Shown here: positions 9,876-18,431 of the stretch, in pieces
Layout of the letters: each line of letters opens with the position of its first letter
Position numbering within the stretch: position 1 is the stretch's first letter
From: a virus
Taxonomy: Duplodnaviria; Caudoviricetes
Strand: one strand, 5' to 3'
Virus record (IMG/VR): IMGVR_UViG_3300020331_000002
DNA length: 64,000 nt
Translations under genes and position numbers: made by a program
The notes under the pieces: generated by a model
Told to the model about the DNA's origin: nothing
Databases searched by the model: none
The model's input: only the letters and a program-made list of their open reading frames with translations

Positions 9876-10765
9876 TGAATATTGAAGCACTATCCAATAT
9901 GACAGCCAAAGAGCTGGGAAGTGCGGCCAATAAAAACATGCAGGAGGAGTTGCTCATGGCAACTCCGTTCTTACCGGAGAGTGCGACCTGGACTCAAAGG
10001 AAATGGCATGTAATAAACGAAAACTACGGAGCGGTGTTATGTGACGATTGCGACAAACACGCTAAGTGGTCTGGCCGTGGCTATTCGAAGTACTGCGGCG
10101 GTGATGTGTGTAATACGCCTAGCGAGCCTATTAGTGACATTCTTGATAAGGAAGTTAGAGAAAAGATTACTTTGCCTTATTTCGAGCAAATTGTCGCATA
10201 TATGCGTCGATTAATAGGTGATGAAAACATAGTTATAGACGAAAATAAAGTCGGCTATAAGCAAGGCAACTACCGCGGCATATCCGCTAAACCTGCGCTT
10301 GGGTACTTGCATGTGAGTGAGTACGACTGGGATAAGAAGAATTCGCTGTCTATGAGCTTCATAAACAGAGAATACGGGGCTCATAAGGGTCATGTGCATC
10401 CTAACTCCATTAAGGTAGTTAGTGTGCCTGTCGGTTTATACAGAAGCTTTTTCAACAAGTATAGTTTTGATGACTCTACTGTTGGGAAGACTTGTATAGG
10501 ACTGTATGGCGGCACTGAGCTTATCGCCGCTGTGCTTTTTGACTACGAAAATGAAGCGCAAGGGAAGTGGCGCATTATAAATAAAGCAATAAAGGTAGAC
10601 AGACACGTAGATGCCGCAATAACTCGCATCACTGAATACTTTAAGGCAACTTTTTTCCCTAAAGAAATTAGTTTAATCTTGAACCCTTACAAAGACAATG
10701 TGCAAGCCTGGGAGAACCGCGGGTTCATGCAACATGAAGATAGATACATTTGGAAGAGTAAATGA
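9875..10765 (+). CDS. Degenerate Hef-like free-standing homing endonuclease / GNAT-like remnant
   Basis: CxxC...YSKYC Zn-like N-terminus; LHVSEYDW, IGLYGGTELIAAVLF and EYFKATFFPKEI resemble the IHIFEDEW / GLYY..ELV.VMTF / YF.....P..I motifs of Hef-like proteins; lies between nrdA and nrdB. Confidence 0.55.
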   Translation: MNIEALSNMTAKELGSAANKNMQEELLMATPFLPESATWTQRKWHVINENYGAVLCDDCDKHAKWSGRGYSKYCGGDVCNTPSEPISDILDKEVREKITLPYFEQIVAYMRRLIGDENIVIDENKVGYKQGNYRGISAKPALGYLHVSEYDWDKKNSLSMSFINREYGAHKGHVHPNSIKVVSVPVGLYRSFFNKYSFDDSTVGKTCIGLYGGTELIAAVLFDYENEAQGKWRIINKAIKVDRHVDAAITRITEYFKATFFPKEISLILNPYKDNVQAWENRGFMQHEDRYIWKSK

Positions 10766-11886
10766 AGTCAGTATATAACCTCGACAACGTAAAATCCAAC
10801 GTTCAGTGCAACACGTTTCTGGATGCAGATAACGACGGCGTAACAGTTGCGCGGTACGATAAAATCAGATACAGTACAGTTCAGCGCATGACTGAACAAC
10901 AAGTTGGCTACTTTTGGCAGCCGGAAGAAGTTGACTTAAGCAAAGACGTCCGTGACTTTAAGAAGCTCACACCGGCTGAGCAACGTATCTTCACGTATAA
11001 CTTGCGCAGACAAATTCTGCTAGATTCAATCCAAGGACGCTCGCCTAACTTGGTGTTCTTGCCGGTTGTTACCTTGCCTGAAGCAGAAACATTTATCGAG
11101 ACGTGGAGTTTCTTTGAGTCTATCCATAACAGATCGTACTCGCACATTATCCGTAACGTGTATTCTGATCCAGGCGAAGTGTTTGACGGTATTAATAATA
11201 TCCAGCCAATTGTTGATTGTGCTAAATCAATTGCCAAGTATTACGATGTGCTTGACTATAACAATTGTTATGTGCGCGTTCACGGTTATGATGATAAGCT
11301 CAGTCTTTATGAGCACAAGAAGTCATTATGGATGGCACTTAATGCAGTAAACGCGCTTGAAGGTATTCGTTTTTATGTGTCGTTTGCATGCTCATGGGCA
11401 TTCGCTGAACAAAAGAAAATGGAAGGCAACGCCAAAGTCATTAAGTTCATTTGTCGTGACGAAAACATTCACTTAATGTTCACCCAGAACGCAATTAAGA
11501 CACTGCCTAAAGAAGATCCGGACTTTGCAAAAATACGTGAAGAAACTCGCGACGAGTGTAATGCGCTGTTCGTTGAGGCCATCGAGCAAGAGAAAGAATG
11601 GGCTAAGTTCCTGTTTGAAGAAGGCTCGATGATAGGCTTAACTGAAGGTCTTTTATGTAATTATGTTGAGTGGATTGGCCATAATCGTATGCGTGCCATT
11701 CAACTTAACAGTCCGTATTCACCGGGCCAAGCTAACCCGCTGCCGTGGACTACGAGCTGGATCGCTGGTAAGACACGCCAGGCGGCACCGCAAGAAACAG
11801 AACTTGAATCTTACGTTATTGGTGAGATCGATAAACGTGTGCCTGAAAACTTCATGAAAGATTTGGCATCCAAAATAAAACTATAA
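10762..11886 (+). CDS. nrdB: Ribonucleotide reductase class Ia beta subunit
   Basis: FWQPEEVDL, LLDSIQGR, ESIHNRSYSHI, LEGIRFYVSFA, RDENIH, PQETELESY. Confidence 0.98.
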   Translation: MKSVYNLDNVKSNVQCNTFLDADNDGVTVARYDKIRYSTVQRMTEQQVGYFWQPEEVDLSKDVRDFKKLTPAEQRIFTYNLRRQILLDSIQGRSPNLVFLPVVTLPEAETFIETWSFFESIHNRSYSHIIRNVYSDPGEVFDGINNIQPIVDCAKSIAKYYDVLDYNNCYVRVHGYDDKLSLYEHKKSLWMALNAVNALEGIRFYVSFACSWAFAEQKKMEGNAKVIKFICRDENIHLMFTQNAIKTLPKEDPDFAKIREETRDECNALFVEAIEQEKEWAKFLFEEGSMIGLTEGLLCNYVEWIGHNRMRAIQLNSPYSPGQANPLPWTTSWIAGKTRQAAPQETELESYVIGEIDKRVPENFMKDLASKIKL

Positions 11887-11899
11887 AAAGGAATCACAC

Positions 11900-12205
11900 A
11901 TGCTCATACAGCCTACATACTCATTAAACGAGACACCTGGAAAAATATTCATGTTTCAGATGTCAAATGGCGCAGAAGTCATCGGTAAAGTAAAGTCGGT
12001 GGACGACACTAGTCTTATAATAGAAAAGCCCATCCGACTTGCAATACAAGGACAGGGGCAAATTATGCCGTTTAGCTACGCAATCGGCAACCCGGAGGCC
12101 GACACTGTGATATTCATGCGCCATGCATTGACTTCGTACTACTTGCCTTCCAAAGACATGGAAGAGATGTACATTTCTAATACGACTGGTATTGATCTTG
12201 GCTAA
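11900..12205 (+). CDS. Small Sm-like/SH3-barrel hypothetical protein
   Basis: MSNGAEVIGKV....LIIEKPIRL pattern, common in T4-like phages. Confidence 0.55.
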   Translation: MLIQPTYSLNETPGKIFMFQMSNGAEVIGKVKSVDDTSLIIEKPIRLAIQGQGQIMPFSYAIGNPEADTVIFMRHALTSYYLPSKDMEEMYISNTTGIDLG

Positions 12206-12228
12206 TAGCCGCAAAAGGTGAAAATATC

Positions 12229-12269
12229 GTAAATACTCCTAGTAATACACAATATTTAGGGAGTTTTAC
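12229..12269 (+). promoter_or_regulatory. Late promoter TAAATA (12230-35) in the 5' arm of an SD-sequestering hairpin
   Basis: GTAAATACTCCTA pairs with TAGGGAGTTTTAC, covering the SD of ATG 12270. Confidence 0.65.
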
Positions 12270-12437
12270 ATGGCGAAGAATGCCTTTGAAATCCGTACAG
12301 ACATTTTGGAATTAGCTACTAAGATTGTTCTTGCCGGATCTAACGAATCAGAAAAATGCGAAGTAGAAGAAGTACTTAAAGTAGCAAACGAGTTGAACAA
12401 ATTCGTAAGTGAAAAAAGTGATTCATCCTCGCGATAA
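12270..12437 (+). CDS. 55-aa protein missed by the ORF track (MAKNAFEIRTDILELATK...)
   Basis: GGGAG SD, ATG 12270, TAA ending 12437, followed by a terminator. Confidence 0.8.
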   Translation: MAKNAFEIRTDILELATKIVLAGSNESEKCEVEEVLKVANELNKFVSEKSDSSSR

Positions 12438-12450
12438 AGTACCGCAGTAG

Positions 12451-12482
12451 AAAGCGCTCATATAAAGGGCGCTTTTTCATTT
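12451..12482 (+). terminator. Rho-independent terminator
   Basis: aaagcgctc-atataaa-gggcgcttt followed by ttcattt. Confidence 0.8.
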
Positions 12483-12509
12483 CAAACAAACCGCACAAAA
12501 TTAAATATC

Positions 12510-12538
12510 TAGACTTTTGCGTAATACTAATATAGAAT
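12510..12538 (+). promoter_or_regulatory. Putative sigma70-type promoter
   Basis: TAGACT-N17-TAGAAT; a TAAATA also sits at 12502-07, so timing is ambiguous. Confidence 0.5.
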
Positions 12539-12569
12539 TGATGTAATATTTCTATAAAAGTAGAACGCC

Positions 12570-13553
12570 ATGATTAAAATGTCAGAACCGATATTTGTGG
12601 CTGATCCTATTATCGATTTAATAGGCGAGGCTGCCCCGTTGTATACCGTTATAAACTACGAATCAGTTAGTAAAAAATTCCTGTCAAAAGGAATGTGGTG
12701 GGTGCTTGATACAAGCCTCCAGGACAAACTTTCCCAAGGCACTGATGTATACCGACAATGGATCGCTTATGTATTAGAAGATATTATCACTGAAGCGACC
12801 GATGTTAGGTACGATATAGTATGTGATGCAGAAGAAGTAACGGACATACCTGGCGGCGAGGTTTTCCGTAGCTTTTTCCACTGGCGCAAGGGAGGACCAA
12901 ACAATAGCGGGTCACGTCCAGAAGCCTTAGCAATCGGTAAGGTTGCCATACAAGTAGACGATAATAATCACTTGCACAAAACAGACGGCCCTGCGGTCCA
13001 TGCTATATTTTTCCATTGTCTGGAAGGAAAGTCTAACGTTTTTGACTACGAGTACAGTGTGCACATGTTGCACGGCATGCCGCACCGTTTAGACGGGCCT
13101 GCGATTGAGGTCAAGATATTTGATCCCCTAACACAGGAATATATTCTTCATATTGAAGTTTGCGCAGTTGCCGGAAAACTCCATAACGTAGGTGATGCGC
13201 CCGCGATTTATATGAGTAAAGGTGATTACACACTTAAGCTGTTCTTTGAAAACGGCACGATGGTGTCGGGTTCTAGAAGTGACCAATACTGTAATATGAC
13301 TATAGATACTACGCCGCACGGGTTTGTTGTATCCGAGACATACGTTGATTCATCTGGTATAGCCGGTGTGACCCACTTTGACAAGACAGGCGACTTGCAT
13401 AATCCGGTAGGACCTGCCGTTATAACACCTAGAAGCGCCAGCTTTTATCTACATGGTAGAGAAACAACATTCGAAGCATTGTGTTCACTCGGCATATTGA
13501 CTAAAACTGAAGAAACAATGATTGCGTTATCGCATGGTGAGGTGGTTGCATGA
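12570..13553 (+). CDS. H(R/K)xDGPA-repeat protein, paralog 1
   Basis: LHKTDGPA, PHRLDGPA, LHNVGDAPA, LHNPVGPA; C-terminal LTKTEETMIALSHGE. Confidence 0.8.
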   Translation: MIKMSEPIFVADPIIDLIGEAAPLYTVINYESVSKKFLSKGMWWVLDTSLQDKLSQGTDVYRQWIAYVLEDIITEATDVRYDIVCDAEEVTDIPGGEVFRSFFHWRKGGPNNSGSRPEALAIGKVAIQVDDNNHLHKTDGPAVHAIFFHCLEGKSNVFDYEYSVHMLHGMPHRLDGPAIEVKIFDPLTQEYILHIEVCAVAGKLHNVGDAPAIYMSKGDYTLKLFFENGTMVSGSRSDQYCNMTIDTTPHGFVVSETYVDSSGIAGVTHFDKTGDLHNPVGPAVITPRSASFYLHGRETTFEALCSLGILTKTEETMIALSHGEVVA

Positions 13554-14617
13554 GATATGAAGAGTTCGCGCTAGTTTCATACACACCCGCGTTTTACCGT
13601 ACCGGAATACCCAACACTATAGATCATCATTTGTTGGATATGGGATTGAAAAACGACGGCGCTATTTATATGGATAATATTTCGGATTTGTTACGCAAGT
13701 CGAATGACGGCGGTATAGGGAGAAGGATAAAGTCGCTTGGTCTTCACTATCGCGGAGACACCGAGGACCATGAGTACCTGAATGGTGTGAATGATTTAGC
13801 ACTAGGTATTATCGAATCGCTGCGCGAACACTCGTTGTTTGCTGGATTGTTTATGCTTGGCGACACGGGACTTAACGCTAATTGGCTTCAGCGTTTCGAG
13901 GTAAAAAGAGTCGGTGAAAGCTTAAACCAAGTCACTATGTATTCTGACTTTGATGGATACAGATCACACTACCTTGAGTTTTATTGTACTGATAGAGCCG
14001 AGATAGTTACGCCGGAAGACGACAAACCGGCGCTGGTTATACGCGCTGCTAAAGGGCAGTCGATAGGCACTAATACCCGCTTGTCGATATACTTGAATCG
14101 TTTTGGTAAATTACACCGTGATGGTGATCGCCCTGCGCTGGTATTAAATGATCGTGAAGGTTACCGAAACTTTATTATATGCGCACGTGATGGAGAGTTG
14201 CACAGAAGCGCTGACGAGCCTGCGCTTTACGGTACGACAAGTGACTTCACTATGTCAGTTCACGCCTGTGACGGCCACATTCACAACGAAGATGGACCTG
14301 CCATAGATTATAATGCTAAGAGAGTAGAAGCATACACCTCTTATATTGTGAACGGCAAGCCTAGGTCATCTACACCGACAGCCGCGCTTGTTTGTCTGAC
14401 AACGAACGTGCTGACTCATTATTATTTAGATGATAATTTTGAGGTACACAATGAGTACGGACCTGCTATTAAAAGTATCAACGCGGGCAAGACTGTTACG
14501 CGGGTGTATGCAAGGCACGGCCACAAAATGTCCGGTAAAGAAGAGTGGTTAATGCGTTCAAAAATGACAGAAGCCGAAAAGGGTTTGTACGTACTGGGAG
14601 AAGACCTCGATGCTTAA
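13550..14617 (+). CDS. H(R/K)xDGPA-repeat protein, paralog 2
   Basis: LHRDGDRPA, LHRSADEPA, IHNEDGPA, VHNEYGPA; C-terminal MTEAEKGLYVLGED. Confidence 0.8.
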   Translation: MRYEEFALVSYTPAFYRTGIPNTIDHHLLDMGLKNDGAIYMDNISDLLRKSNDGGIGRRIKSLGLHYRGDTEDHEYLNGVNDLALGIIESLREHSLFAGLFMLGDTGLNANWLQRFEVKRVGESLNQVTMYSDFDGYRSHYLEFYCTDRAEIVTPEDDKPALVIRAAKGQSIGTNTRLSIYLNRFGKLHRDGDRPALVLNDREGYRNFIICARDGELHRSADEPALYGTTSDFTMSVHACDGHIHNEDGPAIDYNAKRVEAYTSYIVNGKPRSSTPTAALVCLTTNVLTHYYLDDNFEVHNEYGPAIKSINAGKTVTRVYARHGHKMSGKEEWLMRSKMTEAEKGLYVLGEDLDA

Positions 14618-15605
14618 ATTACCTGATATACGAAATGTAGTAGTCGGGCGCTCAAACGTGAATCAAGTAGCAGTTGTTTTGACGCGTCTTGTAGACGCGT
14701 ATACACAAGAGCAGCGTTATGGGACGAAGTTACTCGGGTTCGTTAGCGCCCTGGCACGAGGTGAAGACGTTGAGTCCGGTAGAGTCATTAATGGGTGCTG
14801 GCTGGCTTTTGAGACCAAAATAAAGCCGTACTTCGCTAGTACCATATTCATGAATAACATTGATATGGATCAATACCGACCGACTGTGAATCATGTAAGA
14901 GACGGGATTGCGTATTGTAAATTTGAAACTCAGGACGAAAACTCATTAGTAACAACGTATGAGTTCACTATTAGTGCCGAAAAAGTAACTCCGCACGACC
15001 TGTTTCGTGTTGATCTTAAAGGCGATATTAAGAACATAAACGGCGACCAGCGCGGGTTTACTCATGCCACATTCTATATTGATACAGCGACCGGTCTCTT
15101 AAATGATTTTGGCGAAACACCGTCACTTGTTATACACACAATGCGTAATGTGAATTTGAACAACTACACTAACCGCATTAAGGTACACGCCAAAAACGGC
15201 GACATAAACGACAACGGTATTCACCCGGCTTTTACGACGAAAATTTATTCTGATAGAGATAACAAAAAGATAGTAGATATTACGGTGAGTATCGAAGATA
15301 AGAAGCTTAGTAAAAAAGGCTTCAGGTCTATCACTGTGCGTAGCGGCGACATTACCGAGATCGCTGAGTGCTCGTATGTAGATGACAAATTCGGATGGAA
15401 GGTAACAATAGACAGTGATCCTAATTATTGGCTACTAATTGATCACAATATGGATGTGGGGTCTAAATACTATCCGGGGCTCATAACAGAGCAAAACACC
15501 CACTATATAATAAAGAACGAGGTGTTATCACCGTCTGAGTTCGTAAAACGATGTAATTTAAGTGATGAGGAAAAAGCTATGATAATTTTGGGTGAGACCC
15601 AATGA
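14610..15605 (+). CDS. Divergent repeat protein, paralog 3
   Basis: LLNDFGETPS, INDNGIHPA; C-terminal LSDEEKAMIILGETQ. Confidence 0.7.
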   Translation: MLKLPDIRNVVVGRSNVNQVAVVLTRLVDAYTQEQRYGTKLLGFVSALARGEDVESGRVINGCWLAFETKIKPYFASTIFMNNIDMDQYRPTVNHVRDGIAYCKFETQDENSLVTTYEFTISAEKVTPHDLFRVDLKGDIKNINGDQRGFTHATFYIDTATGLLNDFGETPSLVIHTMRNVNLNNYTNRIKVHAKNGDINDNGIHPAFTTKIYSDRDNKKIVDITVSIEDKKLSKKGFRSITVRSGDITEIAECSYVDDKFGWKVTIDSDPNYWLLIDHNMDVGSKYYPGLITEQNTHYIIKNEVLSPSEFVKRCNLSDEEKAMIILGETQ

Positions 15606-16693
15606 AAGGTATCTTAGCGTCAGTATTTGAAATACCCGCATCTATCCGTAACACTTCTACGGTGCCGGATGTGTTGCCTGTGTTAAAGACCGTACTCGAC
15701 ATTTCTGGCAAAAACAACGCATCGAATGCAGTGCATATATCTGCTTTCAGTGAAGTAACAGAAATACTAGTACCTGATGGTACCTATAGCGTAAGTGAGG
15801 TGGTTACCGCAGCAAAGGAAAACGCCCTAAAACTTTTCGTATCAACAACCAATAGATTGTATTCCGATGCGACAAACAAGAAACGACCTACTAACGAAGA
15901 CCTCGAGGCAGTAATAGACCATAAAAATGAAGCGGTGGAGATATCTATCAAGTGCTTCCATACCAGTGTCAATCTTTTTTTGTCGTTTTACGAAACGGCG
16001 GGAGGGATATTGCTACACTCTGAATCAGGTCCCGCGCTTGTAATAACCACTAGATCTACTGAATATCCGCTTGAGAACACCGATATAAAGATATACGCAG
16101 AGTATGGATTATTACATAGAACGGGTGATCTGCCTGCTCTTACGAGTAGTTATTGTGTTGGTATATTAGGGAATCGGTTCCATCAGAAATGCTACGCAGA
16201 AAATGGACTAGTAGGAAGAAACAATACTGCTCCTGCTTTGATCGTTGAGAAGTACAGGGTAAGAGAAGGGTTCGAAGACGAGATATCTACAAAAACCCGT
16301 TTATACGCAAAGAACGGGAAGGTTGATCTAAGCTCGCAAGACTATTACATGGTGCATGAATCGTTTAGGCCGGATAAACCAGCGCTATTAGAGATGACGG
16401 TTGATGAAACTGGACACCCAGTTTTACACACGTACTGGCCAAAAAACGGTAAGCTAGTAAGATCCAACTCGCGCTATTTAGATGACAGCCTGACATATTT
16501 ACACCGCGTCGACGGTCCGGCGGCAGTGTTTGCCTATGCCGGTGGAAGAACCGGTATTGAGTATTGGTATCGTGGCGTGCCGTGTACTATAGATCAATAT
16601 TTGCGTATGAACAATGAACTTACAGATAGTGAAAAAGCAACAATCAGGCTTGGACACGAAAAGACAAACTGCGTGAGATACGTAGATAAATAA
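15602..16693 (+). CDS. H(R/K)xDGPA-repeat protein, paralog 4
   Basis: LHSESGPA, LHRTGDLPA, LHRVDGPA, IEYWYRG; C-terminal LTDSEKATIRLGHE. Confidence 0.8.
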   Translation: MKGILASVFEIPASIRNTSTVPDVLPVLKTVLDISGKNNASNAVHISAFSEVTEILVPDGTYSVSEVVTAAKENALKLFVSTTNRLYSDATNKKRPTNEDLEAVIDHKNEAVEISIKCFHTSVNLFLSFYETAGGILLHSESGPALVITTRSTEYPLENTDIKIYAEYGLLHRTGDLPALTSSYCVGILGNRFHQKCYAENGLVGRNNTAPALIVEKYRVREGFEDEISTKTRLYAKNGKVDLSSQDYYMVHESFRPDKPALLEMTVDETGHPVLHTYWPKNGKLVRSNSRYLDDSLTYLHRVDGPAAVFAYAGGRTGIEYWYRGVPCTIDQYLRMNNELTDSEKATIRLGHEKTNCVRYVDK

Positions 16694-16724
16694 ACAAAAA
16701 CAACTATAAAAGGACAAGACAAAC

Positions 16725-17105
16725 ATGATTACATATAGTATATTTTTCGATAAGAGATTCAGCGAAGCTTTCACTCGACTAGTCGAGCTACCAATGAAGC
16801 CGGCATTGTCGCAGAAGTTCAGTAAAATGGCCGAAACGATAAGCAGTGCTGAGCAAAGTTTTGGTGAAGAATACGGTGCTATTGTCAAGGAGTGCGTCAA
16901 ACTAGACGACTCAGGCAACCCGGTAACTACCGATAACGGTGGTGTAGTTATAGCCGAAGATAAAACAGAGTACTATAAGAACTCTATTGCTGAATTAAAA
17001 CAGAAACCAATTCAGGGCGTTGTTCCTGTCTATATTTCTGACTTGGGTGATGACATTAAAATATCACCTAAAGACTTAGGGGTATTACGGGAAGTCCTAG
17101 TATAA
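16725..17105 (+). CDS. Hypothetical protein
   Basis: AAGGA RBS; TAAATA at 16687-92 upstream. Confidence 0.75.
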   Translation: MITYSIFFDKRFSEAFTRLVELPMKPALSQKFSKMAETISSAEQSFGEEYGAIVKECVKLDDSGNPVTTDNGGVVIAEDKTEYYKNSIAELKQKPIQGVVPVYISDLGDDIKISPKDLGVLREVLV

Positions 17106-17114
17106 GGAAAACTC

Positions 17115-17639
17115 ATGTATAACAGCGGCAGCATATCAATATTGACGTTGGACACAGCGGCAAACAATGTCCGGCAGTTAACATACAACTGTTTGGATAT
17201 AGTTCGTGAAGGTTACGCACGCACTGGGATCTACCCTGGTGACTTCAAAGACCTGCCGCCACCGGCTTTGAGCGTTGAAGAAGTAGAATCATCGATCGTG
17301 CTATCCACAAGGGCTTTCGGCGAACTAGAGTTTTTTTGTGGTGCCACTGTTGACTTTTTGCGGGAGATGGATTCGTCTATCTCCCAGTACGGTGTGAGTA
17401 TCACCAATCTCGAAATAGGCGTATCCAGCATATCCAAAAAGGTTGATGAATTAGAGGATCGCATGCGGAGGATTTTCGAAGCACTTGAAAATGCTGCGCC
17501 GGATACTACGGTCGCAGACCTAAAGAGTATGATTTACTATAGTTATAAACTCGACGAGATAGATGCCCAGGTAAAGGATAATGGTGGCGCTGACGCTTTC
17601 GCGCATTTAGATAATATGGTTAAGAAATCTTATGGATAA
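17115..17639 (+). CDS. Hypothetical coiled-coil protein
   Basis: AAGGA RBS; heptad-like segment ISKKVDELEDRMRRI. Confidence 0.7.
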   Translation: MYNSGSISILTLDTAANNVRQLTYNCLDIVREGYARTGIYPGDFKDLPPPALSVEEVESSIVLSTRAFGELEFFCGATVDFLREMDSSISQYGVSITNLEIGVSSISKKVDELEDRMRRIFEALENAAPDTTVADLKSMIYYSYKLDEIDAQVKDNGGADAFAHLDNMVKKSYG

Positions 17640-17883
17640 CGACGATAATACATACGACGGGTCTTTGGTTGCTAACCTTATCGACACGTCAACTCTTAGT
17701 ATCGAAGGCCGTTCTTTATGGGATAATGCACTGGCGCCGCAGGCTGAAGTAATTACGGCTGAATCAGACGAGATTAAAGCATTGAGACTGTTACTCGAGG
17801 CCATAGATATGCTACCCGACGACAATGAACTAAAACAAACCCTCAACTCACTTCGTGCATCAATTAAGTTACAAGGCGAATAA
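17632..17883 (+). CDS. Small acidic hypothetical protein
   Basis: Overlapping, coupled ORF. Confidence 0.6.
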   Translation: MDNDDNTYDGSLVANLIDTSTLSIEGRSLWDNALAPQAEVITAESDEIKALRLLLEAIDMLPDDNELKQTLNSLRASIKLQGE

Positions 17884-17889
17884 TAATAA

Positions 17890-18171
17890 ATGAATATCAA
17901 CGATGTATTAGGCCAAGCACTAACAGTGCCTGGATTTTTCGGTACGCTAGGCAGCGCTTGTGTTATCCTTGCATATTACTTAAATGTTATGGAAAAGGCA
18001 GGCACGTTTTCGTATCGTTATACACTCTTAAACTTGAGCGGCGCCCTCATGCTGACATTCAGTTTAGTTTACCATCCCAACCTACCTTCGCTCGTTATTG
18101 AAATGTTTTGGATTTATATTAGCGTAACCGGGCTTTATAAGACATGGCAGAAAAAGAAAATTACGGGATAG
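17890..18171 (+). CDS. Three-helix membrane protein (CBU_0592 / PQ-loop-like)
   Basis: GTLGSACVILAYY, LLNLSGALML and LVIEMFWIYIS..GLYK patterns. Confidence 0.65.
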   Translation: MNINDVLGQALTVPGFFGTLGSACVILAYYLNVMEKAGTFSYRYTLLNLSGALMLTFSLVYHPNLPSLVIEMFWIYISVTGLYKTWQKKKITG

Positions 18172-18356
18172 CGCGATGCGGTGGTTGTGGTGATTTTTTC
18201 ACCGCGCCCACGCACTCAAAACCATTACCGTCAGTTACCACACCATTAAACGATGTCGACTACGCTATTCTGAATCACGCCGGTATTGACATAGAGCAAC
18301 TTCCTGTACCTACCACCTGTTGCGCGACGTGCTACCGAGAAATATTTTATCGATAA
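18144..18356 (+). CDS. Small Zn-ribbon protein
   Basis: CGGC and CCATC. Confidence 0.45.
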   Translation: MAEKENYGIARCGGCGDFFTAPTHSKPLPSVTTPLNDVDYAILNHAGIDIEQLPVPTTCCATCYREIFYR

Positions 18357-18368
18357 TAAAAATTCTGT

Positions 18369-18397
18369 TTGATTAATTCTTTAAAGTTTGCTAATAT
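18369..18397 (+). promoter_or_regulatory. Sigma70-type promoter of rIIA
   Basis: TTGATT-N17-TAATAT with extended -10 TG. Confidence 0.6.
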
Positions 18398-18431
18398 TGA
18401 ATTATAGTTTAACCAAGCTTTAAGGTATGTA

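Noticed and set aside
7536-11886. Group I introns or inteins in nrdA, nrdB (and thyA)
   Set aside because: The ORFs are continuous, of normal length, with conserved motifs at normal spacing.
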